From: Litorivicinus sp.
GTDB taxonomy: Bacteria > Pseudomonadota > Gammaproteobacteria > Pseudomonadales > Litorivicinaceae
Assembly: GCA_965656605.1 (NCBI GenBank)
Contig: CBFHLC010000005.1
Location: 8,299-72,298, forward strand
DNA: 64,000 bases
Reading direction: 5' to 3'
Position 1 is the first letter of the stretch. Every line of letters begins with the position of its first letter. A program made the position numbers and the translations under genes. The notes beneath the pieces were generated by a model. It was not told the DNA's origin and made no database searches. It was given only the letters and a program-made list of their open reading frames with translations. This document shows, piece after piece, positions 1-10,339 of the stretch.

Positions 1-895
1 TCATTTCAAAGTCGATCGCCCGTGCTACCACATCACGCGGGGCCAACTCGCCCCGGGGATCATGACGGTGCATAAAGGGTTCGCCATCAGGCAGGGTTAA
101 CCGGCCGCCTTCGCCACGCAGGGCTTCGCTGATCAAAAAGGTTTTAGCGTCGGGGTGATGCAGGCAGGTCGGGTGGAATTGGTTGAATTCCATATTGGCC
201 ACACGGCAACCCGCCCGATACGCCATCGCGATACCGTCACCCGAGGCGCCGGCCGGATTCGAGGTGTAAAAGTAGACTTTGCTGGCGCCACCGGTGGCCA
301 GCACCACGGCCTTGGCGGCAAAGGTCTGCACCCGCTGTTTGCCCAGGTGATAGGCGTACACGCCGCGCACCTGACGCTGCTCAATCGGCAGGGATTTATC
401 CACGATTAGATCGACTGCGACCCGCTGATCAAAAAATCGGATGTTGGAGCGCTCACGCGCCTGGGTGACCAGTGCCCGATAGATTTCGGCACCGGTGGCG
501 TCGGCTGCGTGCAAGACCCGACGATGGGAGTGGCCGCCCTCGCGGGTTAGGTGGAACTTGCCGTCGGATTCGTCAAAGTGGGTGCCTTGCTCTACCAGCC
601 AGTTGATGCTGTCCTCGCCGGCCTCGACCGTATGACGGACCGCCGCTTCGTTACATAACCCGCCGCCGGCCACCAGAGTGTCCTGAACGTGCTCCTCTAA
701 CGAGTCGGTCGACTCGACCACCGCGGCAATGCCGCCCTGAGCCCACGGGGTGCTGCCGCCCACGGCGTTTTTGCTTAGCACGGCAACGGTTAGGTGTTCA
801 GGTAAATCCAACGCGCAGGCTAACCCGGCGGCGCCGGATCCTAGAATGACGACATCAAAGGCAAAAGGTGCGTAGCTCGAGGGCACGGGGAGCAT
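1..895 (-). CDS. nadB: L-aspartate oxidase (partial; 3' end runs off the left window edge)
   Basis: Absent from the ORF track because it is open at the edge. My minus-strand translation from the ATG at 895 gives MLPVPSSYAPFAFDVVILGSGAAGLACALDL (FAD-binding GSGAAG). Later motifs are MEFNQFHPT and SEALRGEGG, typical of NadB. It is divergent from rpoE as in E. coli and Pseudomonas. Confidence 0.88.
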   Translation of the reverse strand, partial: MLPVPSSYAPFAFDVVILGSGAAGLACALDLPEHLTVAVLSKNAVGGSTPWAQGGIAAVVESTDSLEEHVQDTLVAGGGLCNEAAVRHTVEAGEDSINWLVEQGTHFDESDGKFHLTREGGHSHRRVLHAADATGAEIYRALVTQARERSNIRFFDQRVAVDLIVDKSLPIEQRQVRGVYAYHLGKQRVQTFAAKAVVLATGGASKVYFYTSNPAGASGDGIAMAYRAGCRVANMEFNQFHPTCLHHPDAKTFLISEALRGEGGRLTLPDGEPFMHRHDPRGELAPRDVVARAIDFEM

Positions 896-967
896 CTCTG
901 TTGTTAAGTTTCATCGCAGTCTACCAGTGCGACCGGACTTTTGGACAATCAGACGCTATGGTGAGGG

Positions 968-994
968 GAACCCGAGAATGATCCCGCGGTCAGA
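968..994 (+). promoter_or_regulatory. candidate sigma-E (AlgU/RpoE)-type autoregulated promoter
   Basis: GAACCC (968-973), a 16-nt spacer, then TCAGA (990-994). This resembles the GAACTT-N16/17-TCTGA consensus and lies about 26 nt upstream of the rpoE ATG. Motif match only. Confidence 0.3.
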
Positions 995-1019
995 CCAGCA
1001 TCTGCCACAGGATCACACG

Positions 1020-1658
1020 ATGAACGCCACAGCGACTGTACTGCCTTTGATGCGAATTAGCCCTGACGACTCCGACGAAATACTGGTCAGCCAAGCTGGT
1101 TTGGGCAACGCGCGTGCGTTCGAATTTTTGGTCAAGAAATACCAGCATCGGGTGCTAGCGTTGATCGGACGTTATGTGCGCGATCATTCCGAGGCACAGG
1201 ACGTCGCTCAGGACACTTTTATTCGGGCCTACAAAGCCATTCCAAAATTCCGCGGTGACAGCCAGTTCTATACCTGGCTGTATCGCATCGCGGTTAACAC
1301 CGCCAAGAATCATCTGGTCTCGAAGGGCCGTCGCTTGCCCGAGGTCGACGTGGATATCAACGATGCCGAGCAGTTCGACGGTGCCGATTGGTTGCGCTCC
1401 CACGATACGCCCGAGGCCAACACGGGCCGCGATCGCCTAGAGCTAGCCGTGCGCCAGGCCATTGCCGAGTTGCCCGAGGATTTGCGCGTCGCACTGACCC
1501 TGCGCGAGTTGGAGTCTCGCAGCTACGAGGAGATCGCCCAGATCATGGGGTGCCCGGTGGGAACGGTCCGTTCGCGCATCTTTCGTGCCCGCGATACGGT
1601 CAGCAAAAAGATCGAACCCTACATGGATGGAACTTTTCGTGAGGGGGGCGGTCAATGA
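1020..1658 (+). CDS. rpoE: ECF sigma factor RpoE/AlgU
   Basis: ORF 927..1658 contains FYTWLYRIAVNTAKN and CPVGTVRSRIFRAR, near-identical to E. coli RpoE regions 2 and 4. The ATG at 1020 has an AGGA 7 nt upstream. The ATG at 1050 is an alternative start. Confidence 0.95.
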   Translation: MNATATVLPLMRISPDDSDEILVSQAGLGNARAFEFLVKKYQHRVLALIGRYVRDHSEAQDVAQDTFIRAYKAIPKFRGDSQFYTWLYRIAVNTAKNHLVSKGRRLPEVDVDINDAEQFDGADWLRSHDTPEANTGRDRLELAVRQAIAELPEDLRVALTLRELESRSYEEIAQIMGCPVGTVRSRIFRARDTVSKKIEPYMDGTFREGGGQ

Positions 1659-2284
1659 AGGGTGACAATCAGGATCTACCAAGGATCGATAAGGTTATGA
1701 CGGACAAAATTCGCGAATCACTTTCTGCCATGTACGACGGGCAGGCCGACAGCTTCGAGGCACGCCGCGCGCTGTCCGAGATCGATCGCAACCCTGAATT
1801 AGCAGATCAGTGGCGTAATTACAGCCTGATTGGTGATGCCATGCGCAGCGAAGGGGCTGGATCCCCAGATCTGGATCTAAGCGCAGGCATTATGGATCGC
1901 ATCCAAGGCGGCGAGCAGGCTCAGCCTGTGGCTTCAAAGGCTCATTGGTCGCGCAAGTGGTACGCACAGGCAGCGGTCGCCGCCGGTGTTGCCTTTACCC
2001 TGATGCTGGGTTTGAACGCGACCGACTCCCAGGCACCCGCGCAGCTGGCCAGCCAAGGGGCGACTGACTTTACCCCTAGCACCACCGCGAATCCGCTAGC
2101 GCTGCAGGCCAGCACGATCAGCCGCACCGCCGAGCAAAGCCCCGCCATGCAGGCCTTGCAGGCGCAGCTCCAAACCGAGATTCAGGCCTACATGATTCGT
2201 CATGCCGAGCACACCGCTGCCAGCGGTCAGCAGGGTTTGTTACCCTTGGCTCGTGTAATGGAAAACGACCAGGAGCTCCCTTGA
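1655..2284 (+). CDS. rseA: anti-sigma-E factor RseA/MucA
   Basis: ATGA overlap with the rpoE stop. The N-terminus ESLSAMYDGQADSFEARRAL matches the RseA/MucA N-terminal domain. There is a central TM segment (AQAAVAAGVAFTLMLGL). The ATG at 1697 is an alternative start. Confidence 0.85.
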   Translation: MKGDNQDLPRIDKVMTDKIRESLSAMYDGQADSFEARRALSEIDRNPELADQWRNYSLIGDAMRSEGAGSPDLDLSAGIMDRIQGGEQAQPVASKAHWSRKWYAQAAVAAGVAFTLMLGLNATDSQAPAQLASQGATDFTPSTTANPLALQASTISRTAEQSPAMQALQAQLQTEIQAYMIRHAEHTAASGQQGLLPLARVMENDQELP

Positions 2285-3252
2285 TTCGCAAGTGGATGAC
2301 CGGGGCGGCTTTTGCCGCCCTTTTTGTATCTCCCGTCGGCGCCGCGCCGATGGCAACTGATCCGATGGCTGAAAAAGTCTTGGCTCAGATGAGCTCAGCT
2401 TTTATGAATCGCGCCTGGTCGGGAATGATGATGTACACGCAGGACGGACATTCCGTGTCACTGCAGTTCCATCAGGACGTCGTTGGCGGCAAAACCGTTG
2501 AGCGAATGGAGCGCCTGTCGGGCGATCCGATCCAAGTCATGCGCCGGGGCAACTGGCTGCTAGGTTTGTACCCGGGGGCGGAATCGATGCGTCAGGGCCA
2601 TGCGCTGCCGGCGGGCAACCTGCCGCCGTTGAACGAGCGGATCGAGCACGTCAAATCCCATTACACACTGCAGCTAGGCGAGATCACTCGCGTGGCCGGT
2701 CGCACTGCTCAGCCGATTTACTTGAAGGCTAACGATCAATACCGCTACAGCCGTCGCTACTGGTGTGACACCGAAACCGGGCTGATGTTACGCAGCCAAA
2801 CCTTGGACAGCGCCGGTCAAGTGCTCGAGCAGTTCGAGTTTGTCTCGATCAAGCTGGGCCAGCCCATTGAGCAAGAAACCGTAGTGGTGGATGCCCAGGG
2901 GATGCAGGTCTTTCGCCATGCGGTGGTCAATACCCCGTTGGCTGACGTGTCACCACTCAATGAATTGCCGCCGGGCTTTATTCCGGTGGGGCAGGGCGCC
3001 ATGGATCAGCCGATTCAGACGCATTTGTTTACCGACGGGGTATCCATGGTCTCTGTATTTTACGAGGCGGTGGCCGGACCCAGCCCCGACGTTCTAGCCA
3101 GTCAGGGGCCGACTCAGGCGTTCAGTCAGGTGATTCAGGTCGGGGATCAGCACTTTAAAGTGACCGTCGTCGGCGAGGTACCCGAAACCCTGCTGCGCAG
3201 TATGGTTAAAACGGTTAACCCCCGTGCGCTCGCGGATTTGATCAATGGCTGA
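2281..3252 (+). CDS. rseB: sigma-E regulatory protein RseB/MucB
   Basis: Third gene of the rpoE operon. It has a signal peptide (AAFAALFVSPVGAAP) and a size of 323 aa. The TTG start has an AGGAG 6 nt upstream and overlaps the rseA stop. Confidence 0.8.
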   Translation: MIRKWMTGAAFAALFVSPVGAAPMATDPMAEKVLAQMSSAFMNRAWSGMMMYTQDGHSVSLQFHQDVVGGKTVERMERLSGDPIQVMRRGNWLLGLYPGAESMRQGHALPAGNLPPLNERIEHVKSHYTLQLGEITRVAGRTAQPIYLKANDQYRYSRRYWCDTETGLMLRSQTLDSAGQVLEQFEFVSIKLGQPIEQETVVVDAQGMQVFRHAVVNTPLADVSPLNELPPGFIPVGQGAMDQPIQTHLFTDGVSMVSVFYEAVAGPSPDVLASQGPTQAFSQVIQVGDQHFKVTVVGEVPETLLRSMVKTVNPRALADLING

Positions 3253-3655
3253 GTGCGATACCCAGCCGGGTAAAATTGTCGCGATTCGTGATGATCAAGT
3301 GGCCGTTCAAACCCAGGCCCGCGGCGGATGCGGCCGGTGCCAGTCCCCCGGTGGTTGCGGTCGGCCGATGGACGAGCGCACCACGACCACCTGGCTACCC
3401 AACTCGGGTGATTATCAAGTGGGTGATGCGGTCGATCTACTCGTCGCCGTACCCGAGCTAGAACACGCGGCCTGGCGTGCCTACGGCATTCCGCTGATCA
3501 CTCTGATGGCCGGCGCCTATGCCGGTCAGTCCGCTGGGGACCTGTTTGCTGTGATCGGTGCCGGTCTGGGCTTGTTGGCCGGATTGGCTTGGGTACGTTG
3601 GCGTTCGCGCCGCCTGTCCCCACATCTATGGATACAGCCACGTAACCAAAGTTAA
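3245..3655 (+). CDS. rseC: RseC/MucC family (SoxR-reducing system) protein
   Basis: GKIVAIRDDQVAVQTQARGGCGRCQSPGGCG is followed by two C-terminal TM helices, the typical RseC/MucC architecture. It overlaps the rseB stop. Confidence 0.8.
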   Translation: MAECDTQPGKIVAIRDDQVAVQTQARGGCGRCQSPGGCGRPMDERTTTTWLPNSGDYQVGDAVDLLVAVPELEHAAWRAYGIPLITLMAGAYAGQSAGDLFAVIGAGLGLLAGLAWVRWRSRRLSPHLWIQPRNQS

Positions 3656-3726
3656 CCCGCATCGCTGAAACCTTTGGTTAAGTTATGGCTCAAAGCCTTA
3701 TCGATACAACAACAAGGGTATTCAAC

Positions 3727-5112
3727 ATGCGATTGATAGCACTCTGCATTCCTTTGATTCTGTGGGCCAGCACGGCCCGTGCGAATCTACCTGACTTCAG
3801 GGATTTGGTTCGCGACGTCAGCCCCTCGGTGGTCAACATCTCGACCACCAATGTGGTTCAGGAACCGGTTGCCAATAACAACCGCGATCCTCGATTGGAT
3901 CAGCTGCCAGACATCTTCCGTGACTTTTTCGGCAATCCCCCAGGCGGTTTTCCCCGCCGTGGGCCCGGTGGTGGTCCAGGTAGCGAGCCTCAGTCCCTGG
4001 GCTCGGGTTTCATCATCAGCGATGACGGTTACGTGTTAACTAATAATCACGTGATCGAGAACGCCGAGGAAATCATTGTTCGCCTGAATGATCGCCGTGA
4101 GTTGGTCGCCACCTTAATCGGTGCGGATCCGCGTTCGGATTTGGCGTTGTTGAAAATCGAAGCAGACAATCTGCCGGCGGTGAAAATGGCCAAGCCGGAC
4201 GATCTAGATCCGGGTCAGTGGGTGCTGGCGATCGGCTCGCCCTTTGGGTTTGATTACAGCGTCACGGCTGGCATCGTCAGTGCGGTAGGGCGCTCGTTGC
4301 CTCGTGAAAACTACGTTCCGTTCATCCAGACCGATGTTGCGATTAACCCCGGTAATTCCGGCGGTCCGCTGTTTAACTTGGACGGTGAAGTCGTCGGCAT
4401 CAACAGCCAGATCTACACCCGCTCTGGCGGATTCATGGGGCTATCCTTTGCGATCCCGGTGGACATGGCGATGGACGTTGTCGATCAGCTGATCGAGACC
4501 GGCACGGTCGAGCGCGGATGGTTGGGTGTTCTAATCCAAGAGGTCAATCGTGATCTGGCCGAGTCCTTTGGCCTGGACAAGCCCCAAGGTGCACTGATTG
4601 CGCAAGTGGTGCCGGACGGGCCTGCTGCCAGCTCGCCTCTACAGCCCGGTGATGTCGTGTTGGAATTCAACGGCCGCGAGGTCACTCGCAGCTCGGATCT
4701 GCCGCCATTGGTCGGCCGAGTTCGCCCCGGCAACAGCGCCGATGTGCTGGTCTGGCGTGACGGTGGTGAGCGCATGCTGCAGATTGAAATCGGCCAGCTG
4801 CCGACTAATCCGCAAGCTGCGCGTCAACCCATGCGCGATGCCAACGTAGCCGGCATGAGCGTGGAAGAGGTGCCGGACAACTTAAAAGCCGAGTGGGACA
4901 TCGACGGCGGTGTGTTGATCAAAGGCATTACCAGCCGACGTGCTCAGGCCGCGGGCATCCGAGTAGGTGACGTGATCCTCCAGATCGCTGGAAACGAGAT
5001 TTCATCGGTCGCGGACTTCCGCAGCATCGTCGATCGACTCGAAGGCGGTGGCCGTGTTCCAGTCTTGTTAGTGCGCGACGGAAACCCCACATTCGTATCA
5101 CTGCGCCTATAA
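3727..5112 (+). CDS. degP: periplasmic serine endoprotease DegP/MucD (HtrA family, two PDZ domains)
   Basis: Has a signal peptide (MRLIALCIPLILWASTARA), the protease motifs TNNHV and GNSGGPL, and two PDZ-like repeats. The position matches mucD in algU-mucABCD. The ORF is open from 3685, but 3727 has the better RBS and gives a signal peptide. Confidence 0.93.
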   Translation: MRLIALCIPLILWASTARANLPDFRDLVRDVSPSVVNISTTNVVQEPVANNNRDPRLDQLPDIFRDFFGNPPGGFPRRGPGGGPGSEPQSLGSGFIISDDGYVLTNNHVIENAEEIIVRLNDRRELVATLIGADPRSDLALLKIEADNLPAVKMAKPDDLDPGQWVLAIGSPFGFDYSVTAGIVSAVGRSLPRENYVPFIQTDVAINPGNSGGPLFNLDGEVVGINSQIYTRSGGFMGLSFAIPVDMAMDVVDQLIETGTVERGWLGVLIQEVNRDLAESFGLDKPQGALIAQVVPDGPAASSPLQPGDVVLEFNGREVTRSSDLPPLVGRVRPGNSADVLVWRDGGERMLQIEIGQLPTNPQAARQPMRDANVAGMSVEEVPDNLKAEWDIDGGVLIKGITSRRAQAAGIRVGDVILQIAGNEISSVADFRSIVDRLEGGGRVPVLLVRDGNPTFVSLRL

Positions 5113-5192
5113 CGTGAAATAAACGGACTCTACCCTCGCGGTGGGGTCCGTTCCTCCCTATAATGCGGGCCGACATCACGAGGATATCGAGC

Positions 5193-6995
5193 TTGAGCAG
5201 CGACCTTTCGCACATCAGAAATTTTTCCATTATTGCCCACATCGACCACGGTAAATCGACCTTGGCCGACCGCTTTATTCAGTACTGTGGCGGTTTGACC
5301 GAGCGCGAAATGGCCGCTCAGGTGTTGGACTCAATGGACATCGAACGCGAACGTGGGATCACTATCAAATCCCAGTCCGTGACGCTGAATTACACCGCTA
5401 AAGACGGCGAGACGTATCAGCTGAACTTCATTGATACCCCCGGCCACGTAGATTTCAGCTACGAAGTGTCGCGCTCACTGGCAGCCTGCGAAGGCGCATT
5501 GTTGGTGGTCGATGCCGGTCAGGGCGTCGAGGCGCAATCCGTGGCGAATTGCTACACCGCCATCGAGATGGGCCTGGAAGTGATGCCCGTTTTGAACAAG
5601 ATGGATTTGCCGCAGGCAGAACCGGATCGCGTCAAAGAAGAGATCGAAGAGATCATCGGCATTGATGCGACCGACGCTGTGCCCTGCAGTGCCAAATCCG
5701 GGATGGGCATCGAAGAGGTGCTCGAGCAGCTAGTGCAAACCGTGCCAGCCCCGGTGGGCGACACCGAAGCGCCGCTGCAAGCACTGATTATTGATTCTTG
5801 GTTCGACAACTACCTAGGGGTCGTCTCGCTGATTCGTGTGACCCAGGGCCAGATCAACAAGAAAGACAAATTTGTCATTAAGAGTACTGGTCAGACCCAC
5901 CAAGCGGATCAAATCGGCATCTTTACGCCCAAGCGCGAAGTCACCCACAGCCTAAAAGCAGGCGAGGTGGGTTTCTTGGTCGCTGGTATTAAGGACATTC
6001 AAGGCGCGCCCGTGGGTGACACCCTGATCAGTGTGGGCAATCCGGATACCGAAGCACTATCAGGCTTCCAGAAAGTGCAGCCCCGGGTATTCGCCGGTTT
6101 GTTCCCGGTCAGCTCAGATGACTTCGAGGACTTCCGCGAGGCGCTTGAAAAGCTAACCCTGAACGATGCCAGCCTGCACTACGAGCCCGAGGTGTCTGAC
6201 GCACTGGGCTTTGGTTTCCGTTGCGGATTCCTAGGCATGTTGCACATGGAAATCATTCAAGAGCGTCTAGAGCGCGAATACAACTTGGATTTGATCACCA
6301 CCGCGCCGACTGTGGTCTTCCAGGTCGAGATGGCGGACGGCGAGATTGTCGAGGTCGACAACCCCTCACGCCTGCCTGATGCCGGACAAATTAACGAGAT
6401 GCGCGAGCCCATTGTGCAGGCCAATATCCTGGTGCCCCAAGAGTATCTGGGTAACGTGATCGGACTGTGCGTTGAAAAGCGCGGTACGCAAAAAGACATG
6501 CGCTTTTTGGGTAACCAAGTGCAGATCACCTGGGAGCTTCCCATGGCCGAAGTGGTCATGGACTTCTTTGATCGCCTGAAATCGGTCAGCCGCGGATTTG
6601 CCTCGCTGGATTATCAATTCATGCGATTCGAGCCGGCCAAGCTGGTCCGTCTGGATGTGTTGATCAACGGCGAGCGTGTGGATGCCTTGGCCGCCATTGT
6701 TCACCGTGATCACAGCCAAAGCCGTGGCCGTAACCTGTGCGACAAAATGAAAGAGCTGATTCCGCGTCAGATGTTTGATGTTGCGATTCAGGGCGCGATC
6801 GGCGGCCACATCATCGCTCGCACCACGGTTAAAGCCCTGCGTAAAAACGTCACGGCCAAGTGCTACGGCGGCGACGTTAGCCGCAAGAAAAAGCTGTTGG
6901 AAAAACAAAAAGCCGGCAAGAAGCGTATGAAGCAGGTCGGCAGTGTCGAGATCCCGCAGGACGCGTTCTTGGCGGTACTGAAAGTGGATAACTAA
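5193..6995 (+). CDS. lepA: translation elongation factor 4 (LepA)
   Basis: [28 protein letters not shown] and NKMD form the GTPase motifs, with LepA-length conservation throughout. The TTG at 5193 has an AGGA 9 nt upstream and matches the E. coli N-terminus. The ORF is open from 5163. Confidence 0.95.
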   Translation: MSSDLSHIRNFSIIAHIDHGKSTLADRFIQYCGGLTEREMAAQVLDSMDIERERGITIKSQSVTLNYTAKDGETYQLNFIDTPGHVDFSYEVSRSLAACEGALLVVDAGQGVEAQSVANCYTAIEMGLEVMPVLNKMDLPQAEPDRVKEEIEEIIGIDATDAVPCSAKSGMGIEEVLEQLVQTVPAPVGDTEAPLQALIIDSWFDNYLGVVSLIRVTQGQINKKDKFVIKSTGQTHQADQIGIFTPKREVTHSLKAGEVGFLVAGIKDIQGAPVGDTLISVGNPDTEALSGFQKVQPRVFAGLFPVSSDDFEDFREALEKLTLNDASLHYEPEVSDALGFGFRCGFLGMLHMEIIQERLEREYNLDLITTAPTVVFQVEMADGEIVEVDNPSRLPDAGQINEMREPIVQANILVPQEYLGNVIGLCVEKRGTQKDMRFLGNQVQITWELPMAEVVMDFFDRLKSVSRGFASLDYQFMRFEPAKLVRLDVLINGERVDALAAIVHRDHSQSRGRNLCDKMKELIPRQMFDVAIQGAIGGHIIARTTVKALRKNVTAKCYGGDVSRKKKLLEKQKAGKKRMKQVGSVEIPQDAFLAVLKVDN

Positions 6996-7748
6996 TTGGA
7001 AAATATTGATTTCGCGTTGGTGTTGTTGATCGCAGTCGCGATCAGCGGCGTGCTGTGGTTCTTTGACAAGCTCATCACCGCGAAACGGCGTGATTCCAAT
7101 GCGCCAGACCCTTGGTGGGTTGAATACGGGGCCGGATTCTTTCCGGTGTTGTTTGTGGTGTTTGCCCTGCGCAGCTTCTTTTACGAGCCCTACCAGATCC
7201 CATCAGAATCGATGATGCCCAACCTAGAGGTCGGCGACTTTATTTTGGTCAACCGCTGGACTTACGGTTTGCGTATGCCGGTGACTGGCAAGGTAGTGAT
7301 CCCGATCAACCAGCCCGAGCGCGGCGATGTTATGGTGTTCCGCTTTCCGGCTCAGCAAAACGTGGCCTACATCAAGCGCATCATCGGCCTGCCCGGTGAC
7401 GTGATTGAAGTCGCCAACAAGCAGATCCTGATCAATGGCGAGCCTGTGCGCACCGTGCTGCAAACCGAGCCCGGCATCCCGGTATCCGTTCGTCAATCCG
7501 TCGAGACCATTGGGGATCGTGAATTCCCGACCTGGCGCACCAACAACCGCTTGGGCCGTGACGGACGTTGGGTAGTGCCCGAAGGTGAGTACTTTCTGAT
7601 GGGCGACAACCGCGACAACTCAAACGACTCGCGTTTTTGGGGGTTTGTGCCGGACCACCTTATTATCGGAGAGGCGGTCTCGGTTTGGATGCATTGGGAC
7701 GAGTTCTTGAGCCTGCCGGACTTCAGTACTGTCAGAGCGATTCCGTAA
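6996..7748 (+). CDS. lepB: signal peptidase I
   Basis: Contains SESMMPNL (catalytic Ser box), YIKRIIGLPGD and GDNRDNSNDSRFWGF. It immediately follows lepA. Confidence 0.95.
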   Translation: MENIDFALVLLIAVAISGVLWFFDKLITAKRRDSNAPDPWWVEYGAGFFPVLFVVFALRSFFYEPYQIPSESMMPNLEVGDFILVNRWTYGLRMPVTGKVVIPINQPERGDVMVFRFPAQQNVAYIKRIIGLPGDVIEVANKQILINGEPVRTVLQTEPGIPVSVRQSVETIGDREFPTWRTNNRLGRDGRWVVPEGEYFLMGDNRDNSNDSRFWGFVPDHLIIGEAVSVWMHWDEFLSLPDFSTVRAIP

Positions 7749-8116
7749 TGCAACGTCAGTCAGGATTTTCATTTTTCTGGGCGCTGGTGATTGTCGTCCT
7801 GCTAAGCGCGGCCGGCTTGTTCGGCATTCGTGTCGGCGGTTTGTACTTTGATCACTGGGTCGTCCAAGAAGTCTTTGCGGATTGGCAGCAGGATCCCGAG
7901 GTGGCCGATTATACGGCTCGTGAGCTGCGCCGTGAGTTTGATACGCGCATGCGCGTGAATTCCCTAACCGGGGTCATGACCCGGGATGACCTAAGCATCG
8001 AGCGCAACGGCCAGCAGTGGATTATCACTGCGGATTACGAGCGCCGGGTCAATCTGTACGACAACATCGACTTGGTGGTGAGCTTTTCAGACACCGCCAC
8101 GCTAGGCCAGCCATGA
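7748..8116 (+). CDS. DUF4845 domain-containing membrane protein
   Basis: MQRQSGFSFFWALVIVVLLSAAGLFG is an N-terminal TM segment. It is a small protein between lepB and rnc, as in Pseudomonas-type genomes. There is a TAATG overlap with lepB. The longer ORF from 7637 overlaps lepB and was rejected. Confidence 0.65.
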   Translation: MQRQSGFSFFWALVIVVLLSAAGLFGIRVGGLYFDHWVVQEVFADWQQDPEVADYTARELRREFDTRMRVNSLTGVMTRDDLSIERNGQQWIITADYERRVNLYDNIDLVVSFSDTATLGQP

Positions 8117-8778
8117 GCGTTGACGCACTGGCCCGCCGCCTAGGGCATGAGTTCACCGATCCTGACTTGCTGGAGTTGGCCCTGCGCCACCGCTCAGCCG
8201 GTGTGAACAACAACGAGCGCTTGGAATATTTGGGCGATGCGGTGTTGGGTATGATCATCGCCGAGGCGCTGTTTCAGCGCTTTGCTGGCGCCAAAGAGGG
8301 CGAGCTCACCCGCGCCCGTGCCCGTCTGGTGAAAGAGCCGACTCTGGCTGAAATCGCCAGGGGATTTAAACTAGGTCCGGTGTTGGCACTGGGCAGTGGT
8401 GAGCTAAAATCCGGCGGCCGGGATCGCGACAGCATTTTGTCCGACGCGCTAGAGGCCCTCATCGGCGCCATTTATTTAGACGGTGGGTTCGAGGCGACTC
8501 GCACCGTCGTGCTGAGCTGGTACGCCGATCGCCTAGAGGACATCAATCCTCAAAAACTCGAGAAAGACCCCAAGACCCGTTTGCAGGAATACCTGCAGGC
8601 CAAGGGTCACGGCTTGCCCCTATACACCGTCGAGGAAGAACGCGGTGAGCCCCACAATCGTCACTATCGCGTCAGCTGCGCCATCCAGGACCAAGCCCCC
8701 TACATGGGCGAGGGCACTGGACGTCGCCGGGCTGAGCAGATGGCGGCCCAAGCGGCATTGGAGGCCCTGGGACTATGA
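8113..8778 (+). CDS. rnc: ribonuclease III
   Basis: Contains LLELALRHRSA and the RNase III signature NERLEYLGDAVLG, plus a C-terminal dsRBD. The start at 8113 overlaps the upstream stop. Confidence 0.95.
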   Translation: MSVDALARRLGHEFTDPDLLELALRHRSAGVNNNERLEYLGDAVLGMIIAEALFQRFAGAKEGELTRARARLVKEPTLAEIARGFKLGPVLALGSGELKSGGRDRDSILSDALEALIGAIYLDGGFEATRTVVLSWYADRLEDINPQKLEKDPKTRLQEYLQAKGHGLPLYTVEEERGEPHNRHYRVSCAIQDQAPYMGEGTGRRRAEQMAAQAALEALGL

Positions 8779-9674
8779 TGGAATTTGATACCAAATGCGG
8801 AACGGTAGCGATCGTAGGTCGTCCGAACGTTGGCAAGTCGACCCTGATGAACCATCTGATCGGGCAAAAACTCTCGATCACTAGCCGCAAGGCCCAGACC
8901 ACGCGCCATCAGGTGATGGGTATCTGGACTGAGGACGATACCCAAGTGGTGTTCGTCGACACGCCCGGAATTCATACCGGCGGCAAGCGCGCACTGAACC
9001 GTTACTTGAACAAAGCTGCGACCAACGCCCTGCAGGACGTTGATCTGGTGGTGTGGCTACTCGAGCGTGACAAGTTCACCGACCAAGACGCCTACGTTGA
9101 AAGCCAAATTCGTGAGTCAGGCAAGCCCTTGATCATCGCACTGAACAAGTTCGATCAGGTGCATGACAAAGAAAAGCTGATGCCGGTCGCCCAAAAAATG
9201 CAGATGCGTTTTCCCAAGGCTGAAATCGTTCCGCTTTCGGCGCTGAAGGGCTACAACCAAGATGTGCTGATGCAGCTGGTGACCGCGCGCATGGAAAACG
9301 GCCCGTTCATGTTCGATCCCGATCAGCTGACCGACAAAAGCGTGCGTTTCTTGGTCGCCGAGATCATCCGTGAAAAGCTGGTTCGCCAGTGCGGCGACGA
9401 GTTGCCCTATCGCACCACGGTCGAGATCGAAAAGTTTGAAGAGACGCCCGAGCGCTGCTTCATTCACGCCTGCATCTTTGTCGAGCGCCGCAGCCAAAAG
9501 CCGATCCTGATCGGCAACCAGGGCTCGCGTCTGAAACAAATTGGAACCGAAGCTCGAATCGATGCGATCGAGCTGATCGGCACCCCAGTTCACCTAGAGC
9601 TGTGGGTCAAGGTGCGGGATCGTTGGAGCGATGACGAGGCGGCGCTAGCCCAGCTGGGCTACAAGGATCCGTAG
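8775..9674 (+). CDS. era: GTPase Era
   Basis: Has GRPNVGKSTL (G1), DTPG (G3), NKFD (G4) and a C-terminal KH domain. The rnc-era-recO order is conserved. Confidence 0.95.
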   Translation: MMEFDTKCGTVAIVGRPNVGKSTLMNHLIGQKLSITSRKAQTTRHQVMGIWTEDDTQVVFVDTPGIHTGGKRALNRYLNKAATNALQDVDLVVWLLERDKFTDQDAYVESQIRESGKPLIIALNKFDQVHDKEKLMPVAQKMQMRFPKAEIVPLSALKGYNQDVLMQLVTARMENGPFMFDPDQLTDKSVRFLVAEIIREKLVRQCGDELPYRTTVEIEKFEETPERCFIHACIFVERRSQKPILIGNQGSRLKQIGTEARIDAIELIGTPVHLELWVKVRDRWSDDEAALAQLGYKDP

Positions 9675-10339
9675 TGCAAACGGCCTGGGTCCTTCACCGT
9701 AGGCCGTATCGCGAGACCAGCGCATTGGTCGAGCTGCTGACTGCCGAGGGGCGTCAGCGCTGTGTTATCCGCGGCAAGGGCCGAGACGCCTTGCTAACCC
9801 CCTTTGTTCCGTTGATGGTCGAATTGGGTCCTGTTCGGGATCTGCGTAATCTCAAACAAATTGAAGCCGTCGGGCCTTCCCTGTCGCTGGCAGGGCAGGG
9901 CCTGTTTTGCGGTCTGTATTTGAACGAGCTGTGCGTGCGTCTGTTGCCCGAACAGGACGCCAATCCTGAGTTAATGGCGGCGTATAGCGATGCTTTAATT
10001 GCACTCAGTCGTGGTGACATCGAGGCCCCACTGCGCTCGTTCGAGCTGGATTTGCTGTCGGCACTGGGATTTAGTTGGTCGGTCGCGCAGCTTGAAAATG
10101 GCGATGCGGTGCTGGATCACGCGCATTACTGGGTCCACCCAGAATCTGGCCCACGCATGGCGCCCAACGATGCCCATGGCAGCTTCCCCGGACACGTGCT
10201 GAAGCGCGTCCAAAGCCGGGAATTTGAAGATTCCGAGACACGATTGGCCGCCAAACGGTTGAATCGCGCGCGCTTGGCGGCACTATTGGGGTCTAAACCG
10301 CTTCAATCCCGACAACTCCTGCAAGGATTACACTCATGA
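9674..10339 (+). CDS. recO: DNA repair protein RecO
   Basis: The N-terminus [20 protein letters not shown] and the motif [12 protein letters not shown] align with E. coli RecO. GTG start overlapping the era stop. Confidence 0.9.
   Translation: MQTAWVLHRRPYRETSALVELLTAEGRQRCVIRGKGRDALLTPFVPLMVELGPVRDLRNLKQIEAVGPSLSLAGQGLFCGLYLNELCVRLLPEQDANPELMAAYSDALIALSRGDIEAPLRSFELDLLSALGFSWSVAQLENGDAVLDHAHYWVHPESGPRMAPNDAHGSFPGHVLKRVQSREFEDSETRLAAKRLNRARLAALLGSKPLQSRQLLQGLHS

Noticed and set aside
6366-6908. Long antisense ORFs inside well-supported genes. They are 6366..6908 (lepA), 9117..9593 (era), 24803..25399 (aceA), 26893..27558 (bioA), 38556..38993 (recA), 40450..40944 (thiB leader and gene), 46863..47381 (glcF), 55760..56278 (oxidoreductase) and 57549..58160 (metF).
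   Set aside because: Each lies fully within a gene whose product I recognise with strong motifs on the other strand. Their translations are Arg/Gly/His-rich and low-complexity with no recognisable domain, which is the usual shadow-ORF pattern in GC-rich coding DNA.
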